DNA of 64,000 bases from Trueperaceae bacterium. GTDB taxonomy: Bacteria; Deinococcota; Deinococci; Deinococcales; Trueperaceae. Shown here piece by piece: positions 19,222 to 29,400 of this stretch. How positions within the stretch are numbered: position 1 is the stretch's first letter; each line of letters begins with the position of its first letter. Where the stretch lies: contig CBDCDZ010000004.1 in assembly GCA_965215565.1 (NCBI GenBank), positions 864,001 through 928,000 on the forward strand, given 5' to 3'. The translations under genes and the position numbers were made by a program. The notes beneath the pieces were generated by a model. The model was not told the DNA's origin. It saw only the letters and a list, made by a program, of their open reading frames with translations, and ran no database searches.

Positions 19222-19401
19222 GGTTCTTCTTCCTGCTAGCGCCTATGGTGACAAGATGTTTTTATACCGAAGTGAAGTTTGGATGTCAAACTGCGACATC
19301 CAAACCGCGCGGATGCGCGTACCCTCGAACGCCTTCAAATTGCAACATCCTTTATTCAATCTGGTACTATCCCTTGCAGATGTAGAAACGGAGCGGCCTT
19401 T

Positions 19402-20895
19402 ATGTGCGGCATAACTGGCCTGTGGGGCAAAACGGACGTCGAGGATGTCAGGGCGATGATGCGCAAGCTCGAGCACCGGGGACCCGACGGCTCGGGCACC
19501 TTCGCGGGCGAGCGCGGCGTCTTGGGGCACCGGCGGCTCGCCATCATGGACCCCGAGATGGGTCAGCAACCCTACGAGGAAGAGACGCTCAGCCTGGCGG
19601 CGAACGGCGAGATTTACAACTGGCAGACCTTGCGTGAGAGCGTCGGCGAGGGGCACATCTTTAAGACCGACGCCGATACCGAAGTCGCCTTACACCTCTT
19701 CGAAGAGGAGGGCCAGCGCTCGCTCGAGGCGTTAGACGGCATGTTCGCGCTCGCCTTCTCAAACGACGATGAGCTTATCTTGGCGCGCGACCCCATCGGC
19801 ATCAAACCGCTTTACTACAGCCGCTTCGAGGAGGGCGGCCCGCTGCGTTTCGCCTCGGAGATGAAGGCGCTCTTAGGCGACGGCGCGCCGATCTACGAAC
19901 TGCCACCGGGCAGCGCGTACAGCACGAAAACAGGCGTCAAACGCTTCTACGATCTACCTAACCCGTCCGAGATGCTGAGTGACGTGGACGATATCGCCAC
20001 AAAAATACGCCAGACCCTTACCGAGGCTACCGACAAGCGGCTCATGAGCGACGTCCCTCTGGGCGCGTTTCTTTCGGGCGGGCTGGACAGCTCGATCATC
20101 GTCGCCCTGATGATGCAGCAGCGCGAGACGATGCACACGTTTTCGGTAGGCTTAGAAGGTTCGCCCGACTTAGAGGCGGCGCGGTTCGTCTCAGATCACC
20201 TCGGCACGCAGCACCACGAGTACGTATTCAAAGCCGAAGAGGTCAAGCGCAAATTGCCCAACATCATCTATCACTTGGAGTCCTTCGACCAGGACCTCGT
20301 GCGGAGCGTGATCCCGACCTACTTTACAGCGCGTTTAGCAGCGGAACACGTCAAGGTCATCCTGACGGGCGAAGGCGCGGACGAACTCTTCGCAGGCTAC
20401 ACCTACTACCGCGACTACGAGGATTACGGCGAGCTGCATAACGAGTTACGCCGCTCGATTTCAGCGATGCACAACGTCAATTTGCAGCGCGTCGATAGGA
20501 TGACGATGGCGCACAGCATCGAGGGGCGCGTGCCCTTCTTGGACACGGCGCTCATCGAGCTTGCGCTGCGCGTCCCTCCTGAATTAAAGCTGCTCCGCGA
20601 AGAGGGTAAAAGACCCGTCGAGAAGTGGATCTTGCGCAGAGCTTTCGAAGACCTCTTGCCCGAAGAGATCGTCTGGCGTGACAAAGCGCAGTTCGATGAG
20701 GGGAGCGGCACGACTGAGATGCTCGTCAACTTCATCAAAGAGGAGACGCAGGAGATGGACGTCGAGGCGTTTCGAGCGGAGCACGCCGAGGTCAAGCTGC
20801 GCTCGGCGGAGGAGTGCTACTACTACAGCGTGTTCGAAGAGGTGTTCGAGAACCCCGAACTGATGGTGCCGAATATCGGACGGTGGGCGGACTGA
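19402..20895 (+). CDS. asnB: Asparagine synthase (glutamine-hydrolysing)
   Basis: N-terminal MCGI, HRGPD, NGEIYN, LSGGLDSS, GEGADELF. Confidence 0.92.
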   Translation: MCGITGLWGKTDVEDVRAMMRKLEHRGPDGSGTFAGERGVLGHRRLAIMDPEMGQQPYEEETLSLAANGEIYNWQTLRESVGEGHIFKTDADTEVALHLFEEEGQRSLEALDGMFALAFSNDDELILARDPIGIKPLYYSRFEEGGPLRFASEMKALLGDGAPIYELPPGSAYSTKTGVKRFYDLPNPSEMLSDVDDIATKIRQTLTEATDKRLMSDVPLGAFLSGGLDSSIIVALMMQQRETMHTFSVGLEGSPDLEAARFVSDHLGTQHHEYVFKAEEVKRKLPNIIYHLESFDQDLVRSVIPTYFTARLAAEHVKVILTGEGADELFAGYTYYRDYEDYGELHNELRRSISAMHNVNLQRVDRMTMAHSIEGRVPFLDTALIELALRVPPELKLLREEGKRPVEKWILRRAFEDLLPEEIVWRDKAQFDEGSGTTEMLVNFIKEETQEMDVEAFRAEHAEVKLRSAEECYYYSVFEEVFENPELMVPNIGRWAD

Positions 20896-20947
20896 AGTGT
20901 GACGCGCCGAAACCTTATTAAGCGGCGTTAGAAGCTTAACAGAACCT

Positions 20948-20974
20948 CGAAAATCCCCGTAAAATGGGGATTTT
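20948..20974 (+). terminator. Hairpin downstream of asnB
   Basis: GAAAATCCCC-GTAAAAT-GGGGATTTTC. Confidence 0.5.
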
Positions 20975-21048
20975 CATACATTTCGGGTGGTAAATTCGAC
21001 ATATCTTCGAAATGTGCTAAGGTAGCGTAAATTATTAGGAGGCAATAT

Positions 21049-21342
21049 ATGGCGCAGAATGAGACCCTTTCGAAAAGCGACATCATCGATCAGATCGCTG
21101 GCGACGCGGACATGGCAAAAAAAGATGTGAAGACCGTCGTCGACCACTTTTTAGAAGCCATCTCCAACCAGCTTAACAGCGGCGGTAAGGTGCAGCTCAC
21201 GGGCTTCGGCACGTTCGAGGTGCGTGAACGTCAAGCGCGCGAGGGCGTCAAGCCCGGCACGAGCGAAAAGATTCAGATTCCGGCGAGCAAAGCGCCTGCG
21301 TTCAAAGCGGGCAAGTCGCTTAAAGAAGTAGTCAACAGCTAA
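21049..21342 (+). CDS. hup: HU DNA-binding protein
   Basis: GFGTFEVRER, PAFKAGK.LK; SD AGGAGG; TTCGAC-N17-TAAGGT promoter upstream. Confidence 0.95.
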   Translation: MAQNETLSKSDIIDQIAGDADMAKKDVKTVVDHFLEAISNQLNSGGKVQLTGFGTFEVRERQAREGVKPGTSEKIQIPASKAPAFKAGKSLKEVVNS

Positions 21343-21349
21343 GTTTTTC

Positions 21350-21465
21350 GGTAGTGGCTTTATCTGGAACGACGCCGATGTCAAAGCAAGAGGTTTCAAC
21401 CCCTTGTTCATCACATAGAGATAGCAGAAGGAGCATATAGCAGCATTCGACTTGAAACCACTACC
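21350..21465. mobile_element. MITE family A copy 2 with a 9-bp target duplication
   Basis: Terminal inverted repeats GGTAGTGG / CCACTACC; flanks AAGTTTTTC and AAGTCTTTC. Confidence 0.85.
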
Positions 21466-21486
21466 AAGTCTTTCAAGCATAAACTC

Positions 21487-21516
21487 AGGAGAGCGCCGCG
21501 GCGCTCTCCTTTTTTT
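21487..21516 (+). terminator. Rho-independent terminator of hup
   Basis: AGGAGAGCGCC-GC-GGCGCTCTCCT followed by a T run. Confidence 0.9.
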
Positions 21517-21534
21517 GTCTCCTCAACCTAGCGG

Positions 21535-21563
21535 TTGACCTCCCCCCCACCATTTGCTACGTT
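21535..21563 (+). promoter_or_regulatory. Sigma-A-type leaderless promoter
   Basis: TTGACC-N17-TACGTT, 5 nt before ATG 21569. Confidence 0.65.
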
Positions 21564-21568
21564 ACCCT

Positions 21569-22597
21569 ATGGCGTCAACCGCACCGAACCCGCAGGCTCC
21601 CGCAGCCCATACCTCGCTCGACCCCGTTCTCGCGCGTCAGTGGCTGGCGGTGGCGAAGGCGGCGGACCTGGACGCTCAGCCCGTGCGCGTCCAGGTGCTC
21701 GGCGAGCCGCTGGTAGTGTGGCGCAGCCCAAGCGGGGTTCACGCCTTTAATGACCTCTGCGTGCATAGGGGCGCGGCGCTTTCGCTTGGGCGCGTGGTGG
21801 ACGGTGCGTTAGTCTGCCCGTATCACGGCTGGCGCTACGGCGGGGATGGGCGCTGCGTCCACATCCCCGCGCAGCCACAAGGGGCGGGGATTCCCACCAA
21901 AGCCAGGGCGTTTCGCTACGGATGTTTAGAGGCTTACGGGCTCATCTGGGTCTCTTTAGAGGAATCGCAGGAGGAGGTGCCGCGCTACGCAGAGGCGGGC
22001 GACGCCACCTTCCGCACCCTCATCTGCGGACCTTACCTCTTAGAGGCTGCGCCGCCGCGCATCGTCGAGAATTTCTTGGACGTGTCGCACCTCATGTGGG
22101 TGCACGAGGGGCTCCTCGGCGACGCGGCCCACGCCGAAATCCCTGAGCACCGCGTTCACGAGCGTGACGGTGCGCAGGGTGGCGGGCTCGTCAGCGACAC
22201 CATCGACATCTTTCAGCCCGACCCCGACGGACGCGGACGCGGCGTCACCAACCGCTACGTCTACGAGGTGCTCGCGCCGACTACCGCGCGCTTCCGCAAG
22301 ACCGATCCCGACTCGGACCGCGTCCTCGCTATGATGCTCCACGCAGCGCCGCTGGGTAGCGGCGAGAGCGTCGTCTACGCGCTCCTCTCGCGCAACTACG
22401 ACTTGGACGTGCCCGACGAAGTCTTTATCAACTTTCAGAACACGCTGATGGAGCAAGACCGCCGCATCGTCGAGAGCCAGCGCCCGGAGCGCTTACCGCT
22501 CGACTTGCAAGCGGAGTTGCACCTCAAGTCGGACCGGCTGGCCATTGCTTACAGGCGCTACCTCTCGGAGCGGGGCGTGCGCCTCGGGACGGCTTAG
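21569..22597 (+). CDS. Rieske oxygenase alpha subunit (VanA-like demethylase)
   Basis: CVHRG and CPYHGW Rieske motifs, ENFLDVSH..WVH. Confidence 0.9.
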   Translation: MASTAPNPQAPAAHTSLDPVLARQWLAVAKAADLDAQPVRVQVLGEPLVVWRSPSGVHAFNDLCVHRGAALSLGRVVDGALVCPYHGWRYGGDGRCVHIPAQPQGAGIPTKARAFRYGCLEAYGLIWVSLEESQEEVPRYAEAGDATFRTLICGPYLLEAAPPRIVENFLDVSHLMWVHEGLLGDAAHAEIPEHRVHERDGAQGGGLVSDTIDIFQPDPDGRGRGVTNRYVYEVLAPTTARFRKTDPDSDRVLAMMLHAAPLGSGESVVYALLSRNYDLDVPDEVFINFQNTLMEQDRRIVESQRPERLPLDLQAELHLKSDRLAIAYRRYLSERGVRLGTA

Positions 22598-22647
22598 GGG
22601 CACAGAAAATAGGTAAAAAACACGCGCTGCTCTCGCTGGCTCGCGCC

Positions 22648-23568
22648 TCACCCCTCAACAGCGTCCAGCGCCTCGTAGCGCACGCCCGTCAGCCTCTCTG
22701 ACGCCACCCACAGTTGCCGCGCCACGCCGACGTCTTGCGATTCCTCAGAGGAGTCCACGCGGCGCGGATGACCTCTTATCTCCTGAAAGCCGTCGGGTCC
22801 AAAATACTCGTTTCCCCTTACGCCAGGCGCAGTCGCCGCGTAGAGCGTCGGCAGCGCGCCCATCTCGGGCTCTTGCATGATGAGGTTGAGTAGAGGACGC
22901 CACACGCTGGACATGTGGCTCTGCAAGTTGGTCTTCGTGCCGCCGGGGTGCGCGGCGACAGCTACCGTATCGGCGCGGGCAGCTTCTAAGCGGTTTTGCA
23001 GTTCCAAAGTGAAGAGCAGATTCGCGAGTTTGCTGCGCCCGTAGGCTCGCCAGGGTTTGTAGCCCTGTTCCGCCTGGAGGTCCTCAAAGTCCATCTCGCC
23101 CATGCGGTGCGCGCCGCTACTCACCGTGACGACTCTCGAGCCCGGCGTCGCCAAGAGCCGTTCCAAGAGGTGCCCCGTCAGCGCGAAGTGCCCCAGGTGG
23201 TTCGCGCCGAACTGCAGCTCGAAACCGTCCTCCGTCTGGGTGTAGGGGGGCACCATCACGCCCGCGTTGTTGATGAGCAAATCCAACCGGTCGTACTTGG
23301 CTTTGAAGCTTTCGGCGAAGGTGCGCACCGAGGCGAGGCTGGCTAAGTCGAGCGGGAAGACGTCTAAGTTGGCGCTCGCGCCCTCTCGCCGGATTGCGTC
23401 GGCGGCGGCGTTCGCTTTGTCCAGATTGCGGCACGCCATGACGAGCGTCGCGCCCTCTGCATAGAGCGCCTTTGCGGTCTCGAAACCGATGCCGCTGTTC
23501 GCCCCGGTCACGACGGCGACGCGGCCCGTCTGGTCAGTCATGTCGTTGGCGGTCCATTTCTGGGTCAT
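22648..23568 (-). CDS. SDR oxidoreductase (retinol dehydrogenase/WWOX-like)
   Basis: TGANSGIG, NNAG, NHLGHF, YGRSK. Confidence 0.92.
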   Translation of the reverse strand: MTQKWTANDMTDQTGRVAVVTGANSGIGFETAKALYAEGATLVMACRNLDKANAAADAIRREGASANLDVFPLDLASLASVRTFAESFKAKYDRLDLLINNAGVMVPPYTQTEDGFELQFGANHLGHFALTGHLLERLLATPGSRVVTVSSGAHRMGEMDFEDLQAEQGYKPWRAYGRSKLANLLFTLELQNRLEAARADTVAVAAHPGGTKTNLQSHMSSVWRPLLNLIMQEPEMGALPTLYAATAPGVRGNEYFGPDGFQEIRGHPRRVDSSEESQDVGVARQLWVASERLTGVRYEALDAVEG

Positions 23569-23805
23569 TATGTCCTCTCTTGGGGTCCCTCTCTGATCCC
23601 TTCATCATAAGGGGTGGAGCGCCGGAGCGTGTCGTCTCATTCTCTGAGGTCGCGCTCCCAGCGTCAGGGAGCGCTAGTAACTCGAAAGATGAGTTACCCT
23701 AAAAGAGCCGCTGCGCTTCACGGTCCTTGTGAGAATCCGTATAGCCAAAAACCCCCACTCTCGTAAGATATTTGTAAGACCTCTTGCTCTACCCTTTCCT
23801 TAACT

Positions 23806-26055
23806 ATGACGACGTTACCCGACGTAAAGCCACATCACGCCGCGCACGAGCAAGGCCAAACGGAGCTGTTGGGAGGTGAGCGCTTTAGTGGCGACATTAT
23901 CAGCAGCTTGCCGGGCATCTTCTACCTCTTCGACGAGCGGGGCAAGATGCTGCGCTGGAATGAAAACCTCGAGCGCGTCACAGCGTATACGGGCGCGGAA
24001 ATCGCCACGATGAGTTCTTTAGAGTTCTTCAGCGTAGCGCAGCAGGCGACCATGGCAGACGTGATCGGACGCGCCTTGGTGGAGGGCAACGCTTCGGTAG
24101 ACGCCGAACTCGTCGCAAAAGACGGGCGCGCGACGCCCTACCTCTTCTCAGCTAAGTGCGTCGTTTCTAAGGGGCAGCGCTACCTTGTGGGAACGGGCAC
24201 GGACGTCAGCGAGCGCAAGGAGACGGAAGCCGCGCTCGCCGAGAGCGAGCAGAAGTTCCGACAACTCGCGGAGCGCATCAACGCAGTTTTTTGGGTGAGC
24301 GACCTGGGCAAGAACGAGATGGTCTACATCAGCCCGGCTTACGAGACGGTCTGGGGGCGCACGCGCTCGAGCCTCTACAAGACACCTTACTCTTTCATCG
24401 ACGCCATTCACGCCGACGACAGGGCGCGCGTCGTGGCGGCGTTCGCGCTGCAAGCCGAGGGCAAATACGACGAAACTTACCGGGTAGTGCAACCTGACGG
24501 CGCGGTTCGTTGGGTCAGAGACCGGGCGTTTCCGATCCACGACGAGAGGGGCGTTCCCTACCGCGTCGTCGGCTTCGCTGAGGACATCACCGAACTCAAA
24601 GGGGCGAACGAGGCGCTTGCGGCGCTCAACCGTGACCTCGAGCGGCGCGTCGCCGAGCGCACCGCCGAACTCGCGAGCGCAAACGAGCAGCTTTTACACG
24701 ACGCCTTCCATGACGCGCTCACGGGTCTGCCTAACCGCGCTCTGTTCATGGACCGCTTAGGGCAAGCGTTAGCGCGTGAACAGCGCAACCCTGAGGACGC
24801 CTTCGCTGTGTTGTTCCTCGACTTCGACCGCTTCAAAGAGGTCAACGACACGCTCGGTCACGCGGCGGGCGACGCGCTACTTTGCGACGTTGCCGCGCGC
24901 CTGGAAGCGTGCTTGCGCTCCACGGACACGGTGGCGCGCCTCGGCGGGGACGAATTCACCCTGCTCGCTTTGGAGGTGCCTAGCTTAGAGGACGTTGCCA
25001 GACTCGTTGAACGGCTCCAAGCCGCGTTCGCCTCGCCCTTTCACCTCGAAGATCAGACGCTCTCCCTCTCGGCGAGCGTCGGAGTTGTGCTGAGCCGCGC
25101 TCTGAGCGGCGTCGGTTACGCACACGCCGACGAGGTCTTGCGCGACGCCGACTTCGCGATGTACCGCGCCAAAGCGCAGGGTGAAGGGGAGCACGTCATC
25201 TTCGACTCGGGTATGCGCGAGCGCGCCCTCGCCCGGACTACCTTGGAGTCTGACTTGCGACTCGCCCTCGAGCGCGGTGAGCTGCGCGTCCACTATCAGC
25301 CCATCATGACGACCCGTGCTGGGCTCGGCGATGATGAACCGAACAACACGAACGCCACAGTTCTGGCAGGCTTCGAAGCGCTGGTGCGCTGGCAGCACCC
25401 CGAGCGCGGGCTGGTCACACCCGCCGAATTCATCCCGGTAGCCGAAGAGACCGGGCTCATCACCGAGATCGACCGCTTCGTGCTGTGCGAGGCGAGCCGG
25501 CAGATGGCGGCGTGGCGGGCGCGTTTAGGCGAGACGCTCGAGCTTAGCGTCAACCTCTCGAGCGCCGCGTTTGCCCGCGCTGACCTCGTGACCTACGTCG
25601 CGGACGTGCTGCGCGACACGGGTCTGGCGGCGGCGCGGCTCAAGCTGGAGATCACCGAACGCCTGCTGATGGACGACGCACCAGTGGTGAGCAGAGCGCT
25701 TAACGGGCTGCGCGAGCTAGGCGTCCAGCTTCACATCGACGACTTCGGCACCGGCTACTCGTCCTTATCCTACCTGCAACGCTTCAGCGCGCACACGCTC
25801 AAGATCGACCGCTCCTTTGTGGACAAGATGGTGCAGAGTTCAAAGAGCGCGGAGCTAGTGCGCACTATCGTCGCGATGGCGCACGCCCTCGGGATGCGCG
25901 TCGTCGCAGAGGGCGTGGAGACGGCGGCGCAGTTGGCGCAGCTCGAGGCGCTAGGCTGCGAGTACGTGCAGGGCTACCTGTTCTCGCGACCTCTGGGCGC
26001 AGACGCAGCGCTGGCGTTCGCCGAAGCGCACGCTGCGCCGCTGACGCTGGCTTGA
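23806..26055 (+). CDS. PAS-PAS-GGDEF-EAL diguanylate cyclase/phosphodiesterase
   Basis: Two PAS regions, HDALTGLPNR, GGDEF, FEALVRW, DDFGTGYSS. Confidence 0.95.
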   Translation: MTTLPDVKPHHAAHEQGQTELLGGERFSGDIISSLPGIFYLFDERGKMLRWNENLERVTAYTGAEIATMSSLEFFSVAQQATMADVIGRALVEGNASVDAELVAKDGRATPYLFSAKCVVSKGQRYLVGTGTDVSERKETEAALAESEQKFRQLAERINAVFWVSDLGKNEMVYISPAYETVWGRTRSSLYKTPYSFIDAIHADDRARVVAAFALQAEGKYDETYRVVQPDGAVRWVRDRAFPIHDERGVPYRVVGFAEDITELKGANEALAALNRDLERRVAERTAELASANEQLLHDAFHDALTGLPNRALFMDRLGQALAREQRNPEDAFAVLFLDFDRFKEVNDTLGHAAGDALLCDVAARLEACLRSTDTVARLGGDEFTLLALEVPSLEDVARLVERLQAAFASPFHLEDQTLSLSASVGVVLSRALSGVGYAHADEVLRDADFAMYRAKAQGEGEHVIFDSGMRERALARTTLESDLRLALERGELRVHYQPIMTTRAGLGDDEPNNTNATVLAGFEALVRWQHPERGLVTPAEFIPVAEETGLITEIDRFVLCEASRQMAAWRARLGETLELSVNLSSAAFARADLVTYVADVLRDTGLAAARLKLEITERLLMDDAPVVSRALNGLRELGVQLHIDDFGTGYSSLSYLQRFSAHTLKIDRSFVDKMVQSSKSAELVRTIVAMAHALGMRVVAEGVETAAQLAQLEALGCEYVQGYLFSRPLGADAALAFAEAHAAPLTLA

Positions 26056-26118
26056 GACTGCCTCACCACTTTGAAATTACGAGAAGTCATATGGACCAAG
26101 GTGGAGGGATTGCGCGGT

Positions 26119-26147
26119 GTAGGGGCAGGTTTCAAACCTGCCCCTAC
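26119..26147. repeat. GTAG-type REP palindrome
   Basis: GTAGGGGCAGGTTT-C-AAACCTGCCCCTAC. Confidence 0.85.
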
Positions 26148-26150
26148 TAC

Positions 26151-26281
26151 TAGCAGGTATCATCTGGTCTGAGACACCCTCACTGTAGAAAACACCGTTT
26201 AGCACGCACGTTTTGAGGTGAAATCCCGCTAGCTTCGCTGAGACCTGCGGCACTCTGTCTCAATATGTTTTGGAAGTGCTA
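26151..26281 (-). mobile_element. Miniature element family B (reverse)
   Basis: TAGCAGGTATCATCTGG...GGAAGTGCTA. Confidence 0.85.
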
Positions 26282-26437
26282 TACGTTCGCCTTCTTCTGC
26301 GACTTTTCCAGCGAGGTCCACCAAAATAAGTCTTCGTCACGGATGCGCGAACAAAGTTGTGCGGCTCCAAAGAGGTTGAGCGGCGTAAGACCTGAGTAGA
26401 GTCTGGCGCTCACCCCCGCACTTTGTTACACTCACTC

Positions 26438-29400
26438 GTGCGCCTCGCCTCCCTAACGCTCCAGGGCTTCAAGAGCTTCGCGAACAAGACGACGCTGGAA
26501 TTTACGCCCGGCATCACCGCCATCGTCGGGCCAAACGGCTCGGGCAAGTCCAACGTCATCGACGCGCTGCGCTGGGCGTCGGGCGGCGGCAGGGCGAGCG
26601 AGTTTCGCGCGGAGGGCAAGACTGATCTCATCTTTCACGGCGCGGCGGGGGGGCGCAGCTTAGGCTACGCGGAGGTGGCGCTCGAGGTGGCGCGCGCAAG
26701 CGGGAGCGTCCACGTCTCGCGGAGCCTCTTTCGGGACGGACAGACCAAGCTCAAATTAGGCGGCAAAGCTGCGCGGTTTTTAGATGTGGACGAGGCGCTT
26801 TCAGGCAGCGGTCTGGCGCGGGGCGGGCTCTCCATCATCGGGCAGGGCGAGGTCTCGCAGGTCTTGATGGCGGACCCGCCGACGCTCCTCAGCTACGTCG
26901 CAGAGGCGGCGGGGGTAGCGAAGCTCACCTCGAGGCGCGAGCAGACCTTCGCCCGTTTAGAAAGCGCGCGCGAGCACCTAGAGCGCTTAGAGGACGTAAT
27001 GCGCGAGCTGCGCCGCCAGTTGGAAACCTTGGAAGAAGAGGCGGCGGAGGCGCAGCGCAGCGCGGCGCTGAGCCGGGAGCAGCTCGCCCTGCGCTACACG
27101 CTCGCGCAGCGCCGCGTGGAGGGCTTACAGCGCGAGCTGACCGAACTAGAAGCGCAGCGGCAGAACGTGGCGGCGGGTCTGGAACACGGCAAAACGCAAC
27201 TCAGCGCAGCGAGGGAGGCGTGGGGGCGTTCGCGCGAAAGGCTCGCCGACGCCGAAGCAGTTTACCGCCGCGCGGTGCAAGACGCCGAGGCGAGGCGCGG
27301 CGACCTGCGCGTGGCGCAAGAGCGGCTGGCGGCGGCGCGCTCGAAGCGTGAGGGGTTGGCGAGAGAGGCGCGCGGCGTCGCCGACGAGGTGGCGGCGCTC
27401 GCTGGAGCCGACGCACCCACCCCGCCCAAAGGGGACCGCGAAGCGCTAACGCGCACGTTAGCTGAGCAAGACGCCGCCCTCGCCGCGCGGCGCGAGGGGT
27501 TGGCGGCGCTAAGCGCGCAGTTTGACGACCATTCGCAAGCCCTGGAGACCGCCCGCCGCGCCGCCTTCGCCCAAGCCCAAGCCGCCGAGCGCTACGAAGC
27601 GCAAAAGGTGAACTTGGAAGCGCAGCTTAGCGGCGTGACGGCGCGTTTAGGGGAACTAGAGGCGGACGTCGACATCGCAGGTTTAGAAGCCGACGTCGCG
27701 CAGGCGCGCTCTGCCGCCGCCGAACGAGAAGCCCACCTCAGCGCCCTCCGGGAGCGCCTCGCCGCGCGCCAGAATGCCCTCGCTGGCGCTCACGCCGAAG
27801 CGCAGGCGCGGGGGCGCGCACTCGAACGCAGCCGCGCCGCGTTCGAGGCGCGGCGCGGCTACGCGCAGGGTCCCAAGAACGCGCTGACTTCGGGCATCCT
27901 CGGCGTGATCGGCTCGGTGGCGGACCTCTTGCGCGTAAACCCTGACTATCAAACCGCCTTGGGCAGCGCCCTTGGGCGGCGCGCCGAGCACGTCGTCGTC
28001 GAATCGGCGGAGGTGGCGAAAGAGGTCTTGGCGCACGTGCGGCGTAGCGGCGGCTGGGTGACGCTGCTGCCGCTCGAGTTGGTCAGAGGCAGACCCGGCA
28101 CCCTCACCCCCGAACTGCGCGGCGAACCGAGCGTGATAGGACTCTGCGCCGAACTCGTCGAGGTGGACCCGAGGTACGCAGGCATAGTGAACCAACTGCT
28201 CGGCACCACCGCGCTCGTCACCTCCTTGGACGACGCCGTCGCGCTCGCCCGCCGCTACCCTAAAAGACCGCGCTTCGTGACCCTGCAGGGCGACGTGATG
28301 GAGAGCTACGGCGCGATGACGGGGGGACGTCCGCAAGGGAGCGGCGCAGGGAAAGATTCTGTGCTCGGTTTAGCGGCAGACCTAGAGGACGCCGAAGTCG
28401 CGGCTAGAGAGGCGCAGCGCGGCGCAGACGCGCAGCGCGAGGTAGTCGAGCGGCTGCAAGTGGAGACGAAGGCCGCTTTAGAAGAGCGCCGCGGCCAGAC
28501 GGACACCCTAGCCCGCGCTAGCGAAGCGTTGCGTCAAGCGCGCGAGAGGGCGGCGGCGCGGGGGTCGCTCGAGCAGGAGCTGTCACGGCAGACGCTCGAG
28601 CTGACCGAGCGCCTGGCCGCGCTCACGCCACCCGAATCTTCGGGCGAGGCTGCGTGGGAGGTGGCGGCGTTAGAGGCGCGGGTTAAAGAGCAGCAGCTTG
28701 AACTGACGGCGCTGCGAGAAGCGGTCAGCGCGTCCGAAGCGGCGCGGCGCGAGACGGCGCAAGCGCTGACCCTCCTCCGCGAGCGGCAGAAGGACTTCGC
28801 GCGGGCGTCGGAGCGTTTCGAGGCGGGGCGCGCGCGGTTGGGGCAGGTGAGGATAAGGTCCGCGACGTTGCAGCGCGAGTTGACCGAAGCAACCGAAGCG
28901 GAACGCGCAGCCGAGGTGGGCGTCCGCGAGGCTGAAGCCCGCGTGCCGCAGACTTTACAGGCGCAAGAGGACGCGTTGTCGGACGCTCGGCAAGGCACCC
29001 AGAGCGCCGAAGACATTTTAGGCGACATCACGCAGCGCCAAGCCGAAAGAGGTGCGTCGCTCGAGGAGGTCAAGCTGACCCTAGCGCGGCGCGAGACGGC
29101 GTTAGGGGCGGCGCTGGAGGAACGCGCGGGCTTTCCCGAAGGGGTTGAAGTGCTCGGAGGCGGTCTCAAAACGTTGCGCGACAGACTCTCTACAATTTCT
29201 AAAGACCTCGAGACCTTGGGTCCCGTCAACTACCGCGCCGCCCAAGAAGCGCACGTTCAGCGCGAACGCTGGGAGAGCCTCGTCGCGCAGTCCAATGAGG
29301 CGAACTTAGCTGCCGCCGAACTCACAGGTGTCTTAACCGACATCGAGAGCACCGTCCAGACGCGCCTGGGTGCCGCCGTCTCGCAGCTCAGGGCGAAGTT

